Virus record (IMG/VR): IMGVR_UViG_3300039918_000043
Coordinates: 1-53,231 of that record
Reading direction: 5' to 3' (one strand)
Origin: a virus
Taxonomy: Duplodnaviria; Caudoviricetes
Length of the DNA stretch: 53,231 bases
Part shown: positions 26,370-34,422 of the stretch, in pieces
Position numbering within the stretch: position 1 is the stretch's first letter
How the letters are laid out: each line of letters opens with the position of its first letter
Notes under the pieces: generated by a model
Database searches by the model: none
Told to the model about the DNA's origin: nothing
What the model saw: the letters and a program-made list of their open reading frames with translations, nothing else
Made by a program: the position numbers and the translations under genes

Positions 26370-27659
26370 TTAGCCCAGCAGCGTCGCGGTGTGGGCTGGC
26401 TTGATGTTCTGCTTACCCCACGCCAGCGCCACTTCGTAGCGAACGCGGCGGTATTGCTTGTACATCGCAACTTCGAAGGCGATGCCGCTGCGCGGGTCGG
26501 TGATCATCATGCGGTCATCGGCCATGTCGCCTTCTTCCGGCAGAGCCGGCGCCCGCGTCGCCAGCACGATTGCCGAGCGGCTGAAGCCCATGTTTCGGGT
26601 GGCTGCAGCCGCCAGGGTGACCGTCGCACCGGTGTTTGCTGCCTGCATCAGGCCCGGGGCGTTGATGGTGAAAGCGCCACCCGACAGGGCCGTCGCTACC
26701 ACGTACTTGCGGGGGTCGTTCTGGAACGTGACGACGTCGCCAGCGACCACCGTGCCGGAGCCCGTTTGCACGTTGATGGTCGTTGCGCCCTTGGCGTGAG
26801 CGCCGTTCAGGACGTAGCTCGCGCCAGTGCCAGCGGCCGTGGTTGCCACGCCGGCCGATTCACGCATCTGGAATCCGTGCAGGTCCAGCAGAATGCCTTG
26901 CTCGCGCAGGGCCTTGGTGCCGGCCTCGTTTGCCTTGGTCAGCTGAGCCAGCGTGCGGATGTTGGCGCCCGCGGTCGTGTCGATCACGCATTGCAGGTCG
27001 CCCAGCGGAGCACCGTTGTCCGACAGGATCTTTCGGAGCTGTGCGGTGTCACCGAGGTTCGAACCGAACGGGGTCGTTCCGGCGGTGCCAGTGGCGCGCG
27101 AAGTCAGGGCGAACAGGCTCCCGAGATCGACTTCCATTTCGTTGACCAGCGTACGGAACGCCTGGGCGATCTGGTCGCGGCGGATGGTGGCGTAGCCAGG
27201 GCCGGTGTTCACGCCCTTCTGCTCTTCACCCGTCCAACGGAACGGAATCGTACGCGACTTGCTGATCACGAACGGAGTGTTTCCGATGTTTTGGTCACCG
27301 TCGTCCGGCGGCAGTTGGCCAGGCGACACGTCCGAGGCGGTCGAAGCCGGCGTGATCGGGATGCGAATCGCCTGGTTGAGCGCAGCGCGTTCGGCGCTTG
27401 GGTCGAGCGTCACGGACGGAATGAAGCCGACCATTTCGCGCGAGACCACGTCGAGTGCCGCGTACAGGTCGGGCACCAGTTGGGTCAGCGTGTTAGCGCC
27501 GGCGACCATGCCGCGCTGCGCGGGGCGGAGAACGTTGCCCTCCATCAGCGCGTACAGCTTGGCAGCCACGGCGGCCACCGTCGCCATCGGGTAGATGGCT
27601 GCGATGAACGCCACGGTGGCGAGCGCGAACACTCGCACCTTCGAAGCGAAGTTCTTCAT
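26370..27659 (-). CDS. major capsid protein (P22 coat-like) with about 50 aa N-terminal leader
   Basis: ANTLTQLVPDLYAALDVVSRE...YKQYRRVRYEVALAWG; AAGGA RBS. Confidence 0.9.
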   Translation of the reverse strand: MKNFASKVRVFALATVAFIAAIYPMATVAAVAAKLYALMEGNVLRPAQRGMVAGANTLTQLVPDLYAALDVVSREMVGFIPSVTLDPSAERAALNQAIRIPITPASTASDVSPGQLPPDDGDQNIGNTPFVISKSRTIPFRWTGEEQKGVNTGPGYATIRRDQIAQAFRTLVNEMEVDLGSLFALTSRATGTAGTTPFGSNLGDTAQLRKILSDNGAPLGDLQCVIDTTAGANIRTLAQLTKANEAGTKALREQGILLDLHGFQMRESAGVATTAAGTGASYVLNGAHAKGATTINVQTGSGTVVAGDVVTFQNDPRKYVVATALSGGAFTINAPGLMQAANTGATVTLAAAATRNMGFSRSAIVLATRAPALPEEGDMADDRMMITDPRSGIAFEVAMYKQYRRVRYEVALAWGKQNIKPAHTATLLG

Positions 27660-27722
27660 TTAGTGGTCCTTTAAATGAAAATGGCCGCGCTAAGCGGCCA
27701 AGGATTGCTTGGGGCGGACTGG

Positions 27723-28502
27723 TTAGTCCGTGAACGTCACGTTCGGATCACGGGCCGTTTCGGCTTGCTGTGCCGGGCTCATGTCCGCGAGTTGCGCGCG
27801 GGAAATCGTGCGCTTGCCACCGCCGCCACCGCCACTGCCGCCGCCGGCCCCTCCGCCTGACTGACCGGATCCCTTCAGGATCTGATCCCGATACGGATAC
27901 TGTTCGACCAGGACGCCAAGCGCCTCATCGAAGCCAGCCAGTTCGCCGGGGTTGCTGCGGCTGAAGATCTTGTTGCCGCCCTTGTCGTAGGCGACGACAT
28001 TCCCCCCCTCGACCTTGAAGGCGTCACCGAAGCGAGCCTGCACTAGGTCTGCAGGGATGGCCATCTTCTCGGCAATGAACTTGGAGCGTGCGAAATTGCC
28101 GCCAACCTTTTCCGACACGAGGGAGGCCTGCAGCTCGTCGCGTTCCTTGACCACCGGGGCATACTTCTCCTCGACAGCCTTGATCGCTTCAGCCTTGATC
28201 TTCTCGACCTCGCCGGCATCCACCAGTTTCTTGTCGTCGAGATTCTTGACCGTGACCAGCGCTTTTGCCGCGGCGGCCGCGTCGGTCAGACCGGCGTCCT
28301 TGAACGGCTTGAGCGCGGCTTCGGCCGCTTCCTTCGCTTCGCGGTGGCCCTTCGCTTCGGCGTTCAGCCTGCCGATCGTGGTTACCGTCCCATCTCCGTC
28401 GAACGGCGCTTCTTTGCCGTCGGCGTGGATGAAAACAGGCAGCTTCTGACCGTTGACTTCCTGCGTCACGATGTGACCATCGGCGTCGTACTTGAATGGC
28501 AT
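27723..28502 (-). CDS. capsid scaffolding protein (DUF6651-like)
   Basis: Coiled coil; LDDKKLVDAGEVE; Gly-rich tail; upstream of coat. Confidence 0.85.
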   Translation of the reverse strand: MPFKYDADGHIVTQEVNGQKLPVFIHADGKEAPFDGDGTVTTIGRLNAEAKGHREAKEAAEAALKPFKDAGLTDAAAAAKALVTVKNLDDKKLVDAGEVEKIKAEAIKAVEEKYAPVVKERDELQASLVSEKVGGNFARSKFIAEKMAIPADLVQARFGDAFKVEGGNVVAYDKGGNKIFSRSNPGELAGFDEALGVLVEQYPYRDQILKGSGQSGGGAGGGSGGGGGGKRTISRAQLADMSPAQQAETARDPNVTFTD

Positions 28503-28516
28503 AGTGGCTTTCTCCG

Positions 28517-28574
28517 GGCATCCGCCCTGGGTTCCTACGCGGCATCCGCCGCACTTCGCCCGTTGGCATCCGCC
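28517..28574 (-). repeat. three GGCGGATGCC hairpins at 24-nt period in scaffold leader
   Basis: GGCATCCGCC on + at 28517, 28541 and 28565. Confidence 0.9.
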
Positions 28575-28601
28575 AGATGGGCATGAAAAAAGCCGCAGTG
28601 G

Positions 28602-30026
28602 TTAGCTGCGGCTCGGTGTTTTCTTGTTGGCTGGGTCATCCGGCCCCGGACTGCCCTGCTTTGGAATGTTCTGCGCGATGCGCTTCTTTTCGTCTTCCCA
28701 CTTGATGTCGGGACTAACGAGGCCGCGGCGCTGGGCTTCGATGAAAAGCTGCTCATCCGAGAGCGTTCCATCGACATTCATCTCGCGCAGCAACTCGAGC
28801 GAGGCCTCCGACAGCGTGTGTACGCCGAAGTCTTTGAACAACTGGACATGACCGCCATCCGGCAGGCCGGCCCACTTGGCCATGATTTGCAGCGCCGCGT
28901 CGAGCGCGTCTTCCACGCTTTGGGCAATGCGCTGTAGCGCACACATTCCCGGCTCGTTGTCGGCCAGAGTCTGCGTGATGCTCGTATTGCCGGGCTTAAT
29001 GACCAGTAATTCGGCGCCGATCTGGCGCATGCGGTCTTCCAAGTCCAGCAGAGAGAGGCGCCCCGCATCGATTGCAGCACCAGTGTGCTCAACGTACTTC
29101 AGGTCGCCCTTCTCGTTGTCGCTCTCGACTGCCTGGGCGCCACCGACGACGATCTTGTTCTCGCCGAGCATGCGAGCGAAGAGGATCGGCACCCGGGCGA
29201 CGTGCAGGATAGTCTGCTGATCGCTCTTGGACTGCCAGTGCTCAACGTTCATGTGCGCCAGCTCAAGAAGCGGCGGCGTGCCCATCATGAATGCGGTGCG
29301 CTTGCCGTAGACCGGAATGAACGGGATCAGGCGAATCGAGTTCGGCCCTTCATCGTGAAGTCGCCATTCCTCATCACCGCCCTCGACCCGCTTCTTGCGC
29401 CAGGTCTCCCACCGATCGGGGTAGAGCACACGAACTTGCTCCACGCGCTTCTCGTGAAAGTCGCCGTCGTCCTCGACAGCGCTCTCCAGAAGCCGCAACT
29501 GCATCAGGGTCTCGACGCCGTTGACGCGCTTCGACTTCCAGCCGAGCACGTTTCGATAGTCGATCTGCACGAAGTACGGCCGCGCGCCGATCTTCTTCTC
29601 GTCGGCCACCGTCTGCTTGTCGGCATCTTTCACCTTCGGATACTCGACCAAGATGCCGGCGATACCGGAAGCCAGCGCGTCAGCCGTGACATTGTCGGCG
29701 AACGTGTGCAGGTTCCGGCCCTGCAGGTCGATGTCCTCAGACCATTTCTGGATCTGCTCTGGGACGTCCTTCTCGAATGTCAGCGGCTTAGAGAACGGCT
29801 TGCTGCCCAGCACCTCGACCGTCCGCGAGAATGCCGGGAACAGCGTCGCCGTCGCGAGCCGCGATTTGTACGAGGTGTCAGGCTCGTTCGGCCACTGCGG
29901 CAGAAAGGATTTAGCCGCGGCCCGCATGGCGCTCGTGCCGCCCATCAGAGCCGAGATCAACGGCCAGTTGTTGGCCATCTCCGCGGCTTCCGGCGATGGA
30001 GTACGTACGTTGCGTTCCTGTTGCAT
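28602..30026 (-). CDS. portal protein (DUF4055-like)
   Basis: YKSRLATATLFP, PPLLELAHMNVEHWQSKSD; follows TerL; start approximate. Confidence 0.9.
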   Translation of the reverse strand: MQQERNVRTPSPEAAEMANNWPLISALMGGTSAMRAAAKSFLPQWPNEPDTSYKSRLATATLFPAFSRTVEVLGSKPFSKPLTFEKDVPEQIQKWSEDIDLQGRNLHTFADNVTADALASGIAGILVEYPKVKDADKQTVADEKKIGARPYFVQIDYRNVLGWKSKRVNGVETLMQLRLLESAVEDDGDFHEKRVEQVRVLYPDRWETWRKKRVEGGDEEWRLHDEGPNSIRLIPFIPVYGKRTAFMMGTPPLLELAHMNVEHWQSKSDQQTILHVARVPILFARMLGENKIVVGGAQAVESDNEKGDLKYVEHTGAAIDAGRLSLLDLEDRMRQIGAELLVIKPGNTSITQTLADNEPGMCALQRIAQSVEDALDAALQIMAKWAGLPDGGHVQLFKDFGVHTLSEASLELLREMNVDGTLSDEQLFIEAQRRGLVSPDIKWEDEKKRIAQNIPKQGSPGPDDPANKKTPSRS

Positions 30027-30037
30027 GACTTTTGTGG

Positions 30038-31306
30038 TTATGCGGCCAGGGTGCTGACGCGCGTCTGACGCTTCACGATCGGCCACAGCTTGACGAGCGG
30101 GTATCCGGCCGCATCATTCACGTGGTCATGGCCGGTCGCCTTGTCCGGCTCGCCGTTTTTGTCGTACGGCTGCTGCTCCAGCGCCTCGGTGAAGACCGGG
30201 CACAGATGCGTGTTGACCTTCAGCCGGCGCTCGCCCTTGTCGTTCAGGATCAGCGCGTTCACGGCGTTCACCCGGTCTTTCACGGCCGGGTTCGTCGAAT
30301 TGACGTTGATCAGGAATCCGGCCTGCTTCAGGATCGACAGGTCCGACTCGCTGGCGCTCTTGCTGCTGGTGTTCTGGCCGCTGGCGTCAGGGAAGATCGT
30401 GACCGTGTGGCCCTTGTCCTTGAATCGCTCTTTCAGGATGCGCGCCATCTCAGGGGTATCACGCACGCCGGTTAGCTCGCCCACCGCGCGCGGCTCGCCA
30501 TTGCGCACCACATAGATGACCGCAGCCATTTTGAGCACGTTGAAGTCGAGGCCGCAGACTAGTGGCTCGCGCTCCGCCATCACCTCGTCGGTGTGATTGA
30601 GTTTTCGATCGAAGTTCGGATAGACGTTCCCGCTGGCCAGGTTCACAAACCGGCCTTCGAGGTAAGCGTCGATCAACTGCGGCGGGTAGCTGGCGCGAAG
30701 ACTGTCGATGTAGTCCGGTGGCAAAAACGGATTCGTCCGCGTCGGTGCCTGCACCATCACGTAACCCGGCTGCGGGTCCTTCGCCCACGTCTTGTAGACG
30801 AAGCGAAAACCTTCGGGTGTGGTGTAGACCGCTACACGGTTAAACGGCGCGACAACACCTTTTGGACGCTGCCGATTCCGGGCGATCACCTTCTGCCATG
30901 CAAGCCTGGCGTGGTCTTCCTTAAGCGTGTCGATCTCGTCGACGTGCGCGCGGTACGTTTCGTAGCCAACGATCCGGGCTGGATTGTCCAACGTCCGCAG
31001 CACGAAGTCTGCGCAGCCGCCGGAACTGCAGTAGATGATGTTCTCCTGCTTGTTGTACCGGTACCGAATGCCCATGGTCGACAACTTGTCTTCCATGCGG
31101 GGGGCGAGGATCAGCCGCACCAGGTCATACGTCGGCTCATACAGACCGATCAGCCCGGCGGGCGCCTCCATTGCATCGCGCAGCGCGCAGTTCGCCAGCG
31201 TCTCGGTCTTGCCCGTGCCGAACCCGCCAACCAGCGCCGGGTATTTCGCATCAAGCTGGAAGAACTCAGCCTGAGGCTCCGTCATCGTCATTCTTACGGT
31301 TCGCAC
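30038..31306 (-). CDS. terL: terminase large subunit
   Basis: Walker A GGFGTGKT, Walker B HVDE, nuclease GLDFN and DHVNDA. Confidence 0.95.
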   Translation of the reverse strand: MRTVRMTMTEPQAEFFQLDAKYPALVGGFGTGKTETLANCALRDAMEAPAGLIGLYEPTYDLVRLILAPRMEDKLSTMGIRYRYNKQENIIYCSSGGCADFVLRTLDNPARIVGYETYRAHVDEIDTLKEDHARLAWQKVIARNRQRPKGVVAPFNRVAVYTTPEGFRFVYKTWAKDPQPGYVMVQAPTRTNPFLPPDYIDSLRASYPPQLIDAYLEGRFVNLASGNVYPNFDRKLNHTDEVMAEREPLVCGLDFNVLKMAAVIYVVRNGEPRAVGELTGVRDTPEMARILKERFKDKGHTVTIFPDASGQNTSSKSASESDLSILKQAGFLINVNSTNPAVKDRVNAVNALILNDKGERRLKVNTHLCPVFTEALEQQPYDKNGEPDKATGHDHVNDAAGYPLVKLWPIVKRQTRVSTLAA

Positions 31307-31820
31307 TCACGACCTCGATCTCAATGCGGCCGACCGGCGCTTCCGGTGGCGGCTTGTCTGCGTCCTGCAGTTCCTTGCGGGCCAGTTCCAACTTGCGGAT
31401 CAGGTCGATCTGCCTAACGATTAGGTCGCCGTAGTCCGGCGCCGCGGCCTTGATCTCCTTTTTGTCGTACGGCTGCATTTCCTTCGCAGCGTGGTCGTAC
31501 GCCTCGCCCGTCTTCCGGACGATTTGGAGAGCGCCGTCCACCATGTCCATCAGGTCCATGGAGCCGGCCAGCTTTACATAGCGGTGCAGCTTCACCCGGG
31601 CCAGCCGGATCTCATCGTCGAGGCTGCCAACCTGGGCTCGCTCATAGAGCACCAACTCATCGGGTGACAGCGCGTCCGAGTAGAACCCATGCTTCAGGGC
31701 GTTGGTGTTGCCGGTGTGGGTCTCGGACGCCTTGCCGCCGTGCATTCGGCAACGGCCATTGCCCATCGCTTGTGACTGGCATGGCTGGCCGCTGCGGGTC
31801 TTGGCTCCGCAACGTGCCAT
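31266..31820 (-). CDS. terS: terminase small subunit (HGGxSTG-type)
   Basis: CGAKTRSGQPC...GRCRMHGG...GNTNALKHGFY. Confidence 0.88.
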   Translation of the reverse strand: MARCGAKTRSGQPCQSQAMGNGRCRMHGGKASETHTGNTNALKHGFYSDALSPDELVLYERAQVGSLDDEIRLARVKLHRYVKLAGSMDLMDMVDGALQIVRKTGEAYDHAAKEMQPYDKKEIKAAAPDYGDLIVRQIDLIRKLELARKELQDADKPPPEAPVGRIEIEVVSANRKNDDDGASG

Positions 31821-31890
31821 AGGGATGCCTCACAGGGATTGCATGGGGTGTTTTCTCAGGCCGCCCATGCGAATGCGTTACGAATCACAT

Positions 31891-31977
31891 TCAACCGTCG
31901 TTGTTCGGCCACAGCGGCACGCCACACATGAGCAACCAGAGGCCGACACAGTAGCCGGCGTAAGTCATTCCCCACAT
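31891..31977 (-). CDS. hydrophobic micro-peptide (28 aa)
   Basis: GAGGT RBS; MWGMTYAGYCVGLWLLMCGVPLWPNNDG. Confidence 0.4.
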   Translation of the reverse strand: MWGMTYAGYCVGLWLLMCGVPLWPNNDG

Positions 31978-32051
31978 GGGCGCACCTCAGGAATAGAAAG
32001 GCCTGCCGAAGCAGGCAATGACGTGTTGCAGCACGCCAGGGAGGAGACAAC

Positions 32052-32126
32052 TGGTTGCGGAAACCCGAATCGAACAGGTGACCTCGGGGTTATGAGCCCC
32101 ACGCTCTACCGCTGAGCTATTCCGCA
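32052..32126 (-). tRNA. tRNA with CAU anticodon (Met, initiator-like anticodon stem)
   Basis: TGCGGAA/TTCCGCA acceptor; GCTC/GAGC D-stem; TGGGG-CTCATAA-CCCCG; TTCGATT T-loop; encoded CCA. Confidence 0.93.
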
Positions 32127-32133
32127 GAAATGT

Positions 32134-32437
32134 TTGAGGGGCCGGCGCGCTGGCGGTCTCGCCGCACCTCGCATCCGGGTAAGTCGTATCCCTCACGTAT
32201 GGCGGCTGGACTCGAACCAGCGACCCCTCTGCAAAATTGGCAACTCGGCTCTAACCGACTGAGCTACGCCATGCGTGAAAGTTGAGGGGCGGTGCGCCAC
32301 GCCGCTATTCTCAAACTGCCGAACTATATTGAGGCAGCCGAGCCATCGACTTCTGCTGTCCCTCACGGCTGGCGACTCCGGGCAGGTGCCACTCTGCTTG
32401 CTCCCGGCATACGTTCCGGGGAATCGCCATGCGTGAA
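32134..32437 (-). repeat. two tandem scaffolded RNA cassettes (156 and 146 nt)
   Basis: Shared TTCACGCATGGCG, CGCCA-NN-CGTGAGGGA and GCCCCTCAA with unrelated inserts. Confidence 0.85.
32192..32279 (-). ncRNA. tRNA-like RNA: intact D and T arms, aberrant anticodon arm, extended acceptor, no CCA
   Basis: TAGCTCAGTCGGTTAGAGC and GCTGG-TTCGAGT-CCAGC; closed by TCACGCATGGCG/CGCCATACGTGA. Confidence 0.8.
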
Positions 32438-32778
32438 GGTCGCCGGGCTTCCACCGGCGCCGCAGTGAAGGCCTTTGGCCCGACCCGCGCTGCTGTGCCC
32501 GCATCCGACTACGCAAGCCCCTGAAGGCCCTGCGCTGCGTGCCGCGAGCTGGCCCGGGCTTGTTCGGCATGCCAGCGACGCCGGATAGGAGTCTCCCCAC
32601 ATTGGCGCCTGGGGAGCCGGGCAAGCCCTACCCGGTCGTGATGGCGCATGCAGCCTCAGGGGAAAGCGGGCAAGCCGTAGGCGGCAAAGTGCGCCCGATC
32701 AACCGGCCTCGCCAGCACTCTCCCGCCTTCTCCTGAGGCTTCTGCAACAGGGCGGAACCCTTGTCACAGAAAAGTTGT

Positions 32779-32807
32779 TTGCCTTTTGCTAATCGTTGCG
32801 CTATAGT
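32779..32807 (+). promoter_or_regulatory. rightward promoter antisense to late leader
   Basis: TTGCCT-17-TATAGT; operator-like site at 32819-32833. Confidence 0.6.
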
Positions 32808-32870
32808 TCGCGCAACCAGCACATGTATTAGCATTGTGCTCACAAATCAACCCGACAAGGAGATTCATCT

Positions 32871-33005
32871 ATGAACAACCGCGAATACACGTCATCCAGC
32901 GCCAGAAGATCGCCGGCGCCAGGGTGCGGGAAAAGAAGAGACTGCGCGCGGCCCCAAGTTACCTGGCGCACGGGTCGCGCGCTAACCGGAAGAGCCCGGG
33001 GGTAA
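32871..33005 (+). CDS. basic micro-ORF (44 aa)
   Basis: AAGGAG RBS downstream of promoter; Arg-rich. Confidence 0.35.
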   Translation: MNNREYTSSSARRSPAPGCGKRRDCARPQVTWRTGRALTGRARG

Positions 33006-33191
33006 CCTCTCCCGCGCCAGATCTCAAGCCCAGAACAAGACAAGAGTCCCACCACCGTGGGGCTCTTTGCATTTGGGGCGCGCGTAGAATGAACCTCGAC
33101 CCACTTCCAGAAATGCCGAGAGCCCGGACGATGCCGGGCTCTGCTGGGGGCGCTTCATTTGGTTTGGGTGACCAGTCTCTAAGCTAGCCGA

Positions 33192-33220
33192 ATGTTAGCA
33201 AACTCGGCGCATATATGCAA
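33192..33220 (-). promoter_or_regulatory. leftward (late, pR'-like) promoter candidate
   Basis: Minus-strand TTGCAT-17-TAACAT; followed by hairpins at 33121-33140 and 33042-33068. Confidence 0.6.
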
Positions 33221-33236
33221 ACGTTTTGCACACATG

Positions 33237-33470
33237 TTAGCTCTCAGGGGATAAAAAATGGCGGTTCAATGCCACATCCAGTCTCCTCACTTGGTTGGTT
33301 GCCGCCATTAGGTCGTCAGCGTACGCACCGATCAACTGGTGCTTGCTGCCGCCCTCGCTCGTCTGGTAGGTCAGCACTACCCCGCTGACCTTACCTGCCC
33401 GAAAGTCCTCGAGCAGTTGCTCAAGGACCATGACTCCCTCACTTACCGCTTCGCTTCTTGGTTTTTCCAT
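33237..33470 (-). CDS. hypothetical protein co-transcribed with repressor
   Basis: Overlaps repressor 3' end; globular sequence. Confidence 0.65.
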   Translation of the reverse strand: MEKPRSEAVSEGVMVLEQLLEDFRAGKVSGVVLTYQTSEGGSKHQLIGAYADDLMAATNQVRRLDVALNRHFLSPES

Positions 33471-33870
33471 CGTCTTCCAGGGTAATGACCCGTCCCGTTT
33501 GCTTTTGATTCCCTTGTTGTACCGCTGCCTCTTCTAGGGGCATCTCCACATCGTCCGTCCGAACGTCCAGCAGTTCCGCGATGGCGCGGAGCTTGGAGCT
33601 TGGCACAGTCAGCAAACGATCATAGACCCTGCGGGCGAGCATCATTTCGCTCTCATCCGTGTGCGGCTCATCCAGCCAGCCGAACGGTTTGCCCATGGAG
33701 TGCTCCAGACGGCGCGCCATCTCGTCCCCAATGGAACGAATGGCTGCCGGCCCGACGCACTGCGACAGGTATGACTGAGACGTGCCTGCCTTCCGGGCGA
33801 GCGCGGAGAGGCTTCCGATATCCCGCTCCAGCAGGCGCACGTTCAGTTTGCGGATAGTTTTGATGTCCAT
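33439..33870 (-). CDS. CI-like repressor, HTH only (no S24 peptidase)
   Basis: IRKLNVRLL...LARKAGTSQSYLSQ...IGDEMARRLE...GWLD; divergent from cro-like gene. Confidence 0.85.
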   Translation of the reverse strand: MDIKTIRKLNVRLLERDIGSLSALARKAGTSQSYLSQCVGPAAIRSIGDEMARRLEHSMGKPFGWLDEPHTDESEMMLARRVYDRLLTVPSSKLRAIAELLDVRTDDVEMPLEEAAVQQGNQKQTGRVITLEDDGKTKKRSGK

Positions 33871-33934
33871 TTCGCTATTGTAAGTGTCCCCGCATGGCTG
33901 TCAACGTATGTTCGCCAAGATAACCCGTTACCTC

Positions 33935-33950
33935 TGCTAAACTATTAGCG
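33935..33950. promoter_or_regulatory. operator in cI-cro intergenic region
   Basis: TGCTAAACTATTAGCG, member of the 16-bp family. Confidence 0.7.
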
Positions 33951-33979
33951 CATTCCATTAACACGCGAAAGGACGTGAA

Positions 33980-34240
33980 ATGAACCTTCAGCAATGGCTG
34001 GATGCCACGCGGGTCAACGGTTCCGACATCACTTCAGGTGAGAGAGAGCGCCGCCGCGACTACAGAGCCAAGGTGCTGCAGAAGGCCGGCACCAGCATGA
34101 ACACTATCCGCAATGCTCTCAGCCGCGGAAACCTCGGGCGAGACCTGGCAGAGCGGATGGAGAAGGCCACCAAGGGCACGTTCGCCGAGTTCAAGCTACT
34201 CGACCAAATGCCCGAATTGCGCGAAACCGACACCGTCTGA
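33980..34240 (+). CDS. Cro-like HTH protein
   Basis: AAGGA RBS; KAGTSMNTI...LAERMEKATKG. Confidence 0.75.
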   Translation: MNLQQWLDATRVNGSDITSGERERRRDYRAKVLQKAGTSMNTIRNALSRGNLGRDLAERMEKATKGTFAEFKLLDQMPELRETDTV

Positions 34241-34422
34241 CCTGCGAGGCGGCGCTGCACACATGTAAGCGTCGTGTTTTTGCGTCACCGATCAATCGGG
34301 CAGGCGGTGGCCACCGCCGCGCGAGCTCGCCCTGGCTCGCGCCGCCCGGCCTATCTTTGGGCACTAGGGATTTCGCACGATGAAGCACAGCACAGTGGTG
34401 ATTCCCTCTGGGAGAGTATCCC

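Noticed and set aside
26391-27674. 427-aa plus-strand ORF
   Set aside because: Antisense shadow of the capsid gene
29085-31417. Long plus-strand ORFs over portal and terminase
   Set aside because: Codon-bias shadows with no RBS or recognisable domains
32134-32437. CRISPR mini-array interpretation
   Set aside because: Only two units, repeats split into paired arms, long structured inserts and no cas genes
32193-32624. 143-aa and other ORFs in the late leader
   Set aside because: They overlap tRNA-like and stem structures and have non-protein-like composition
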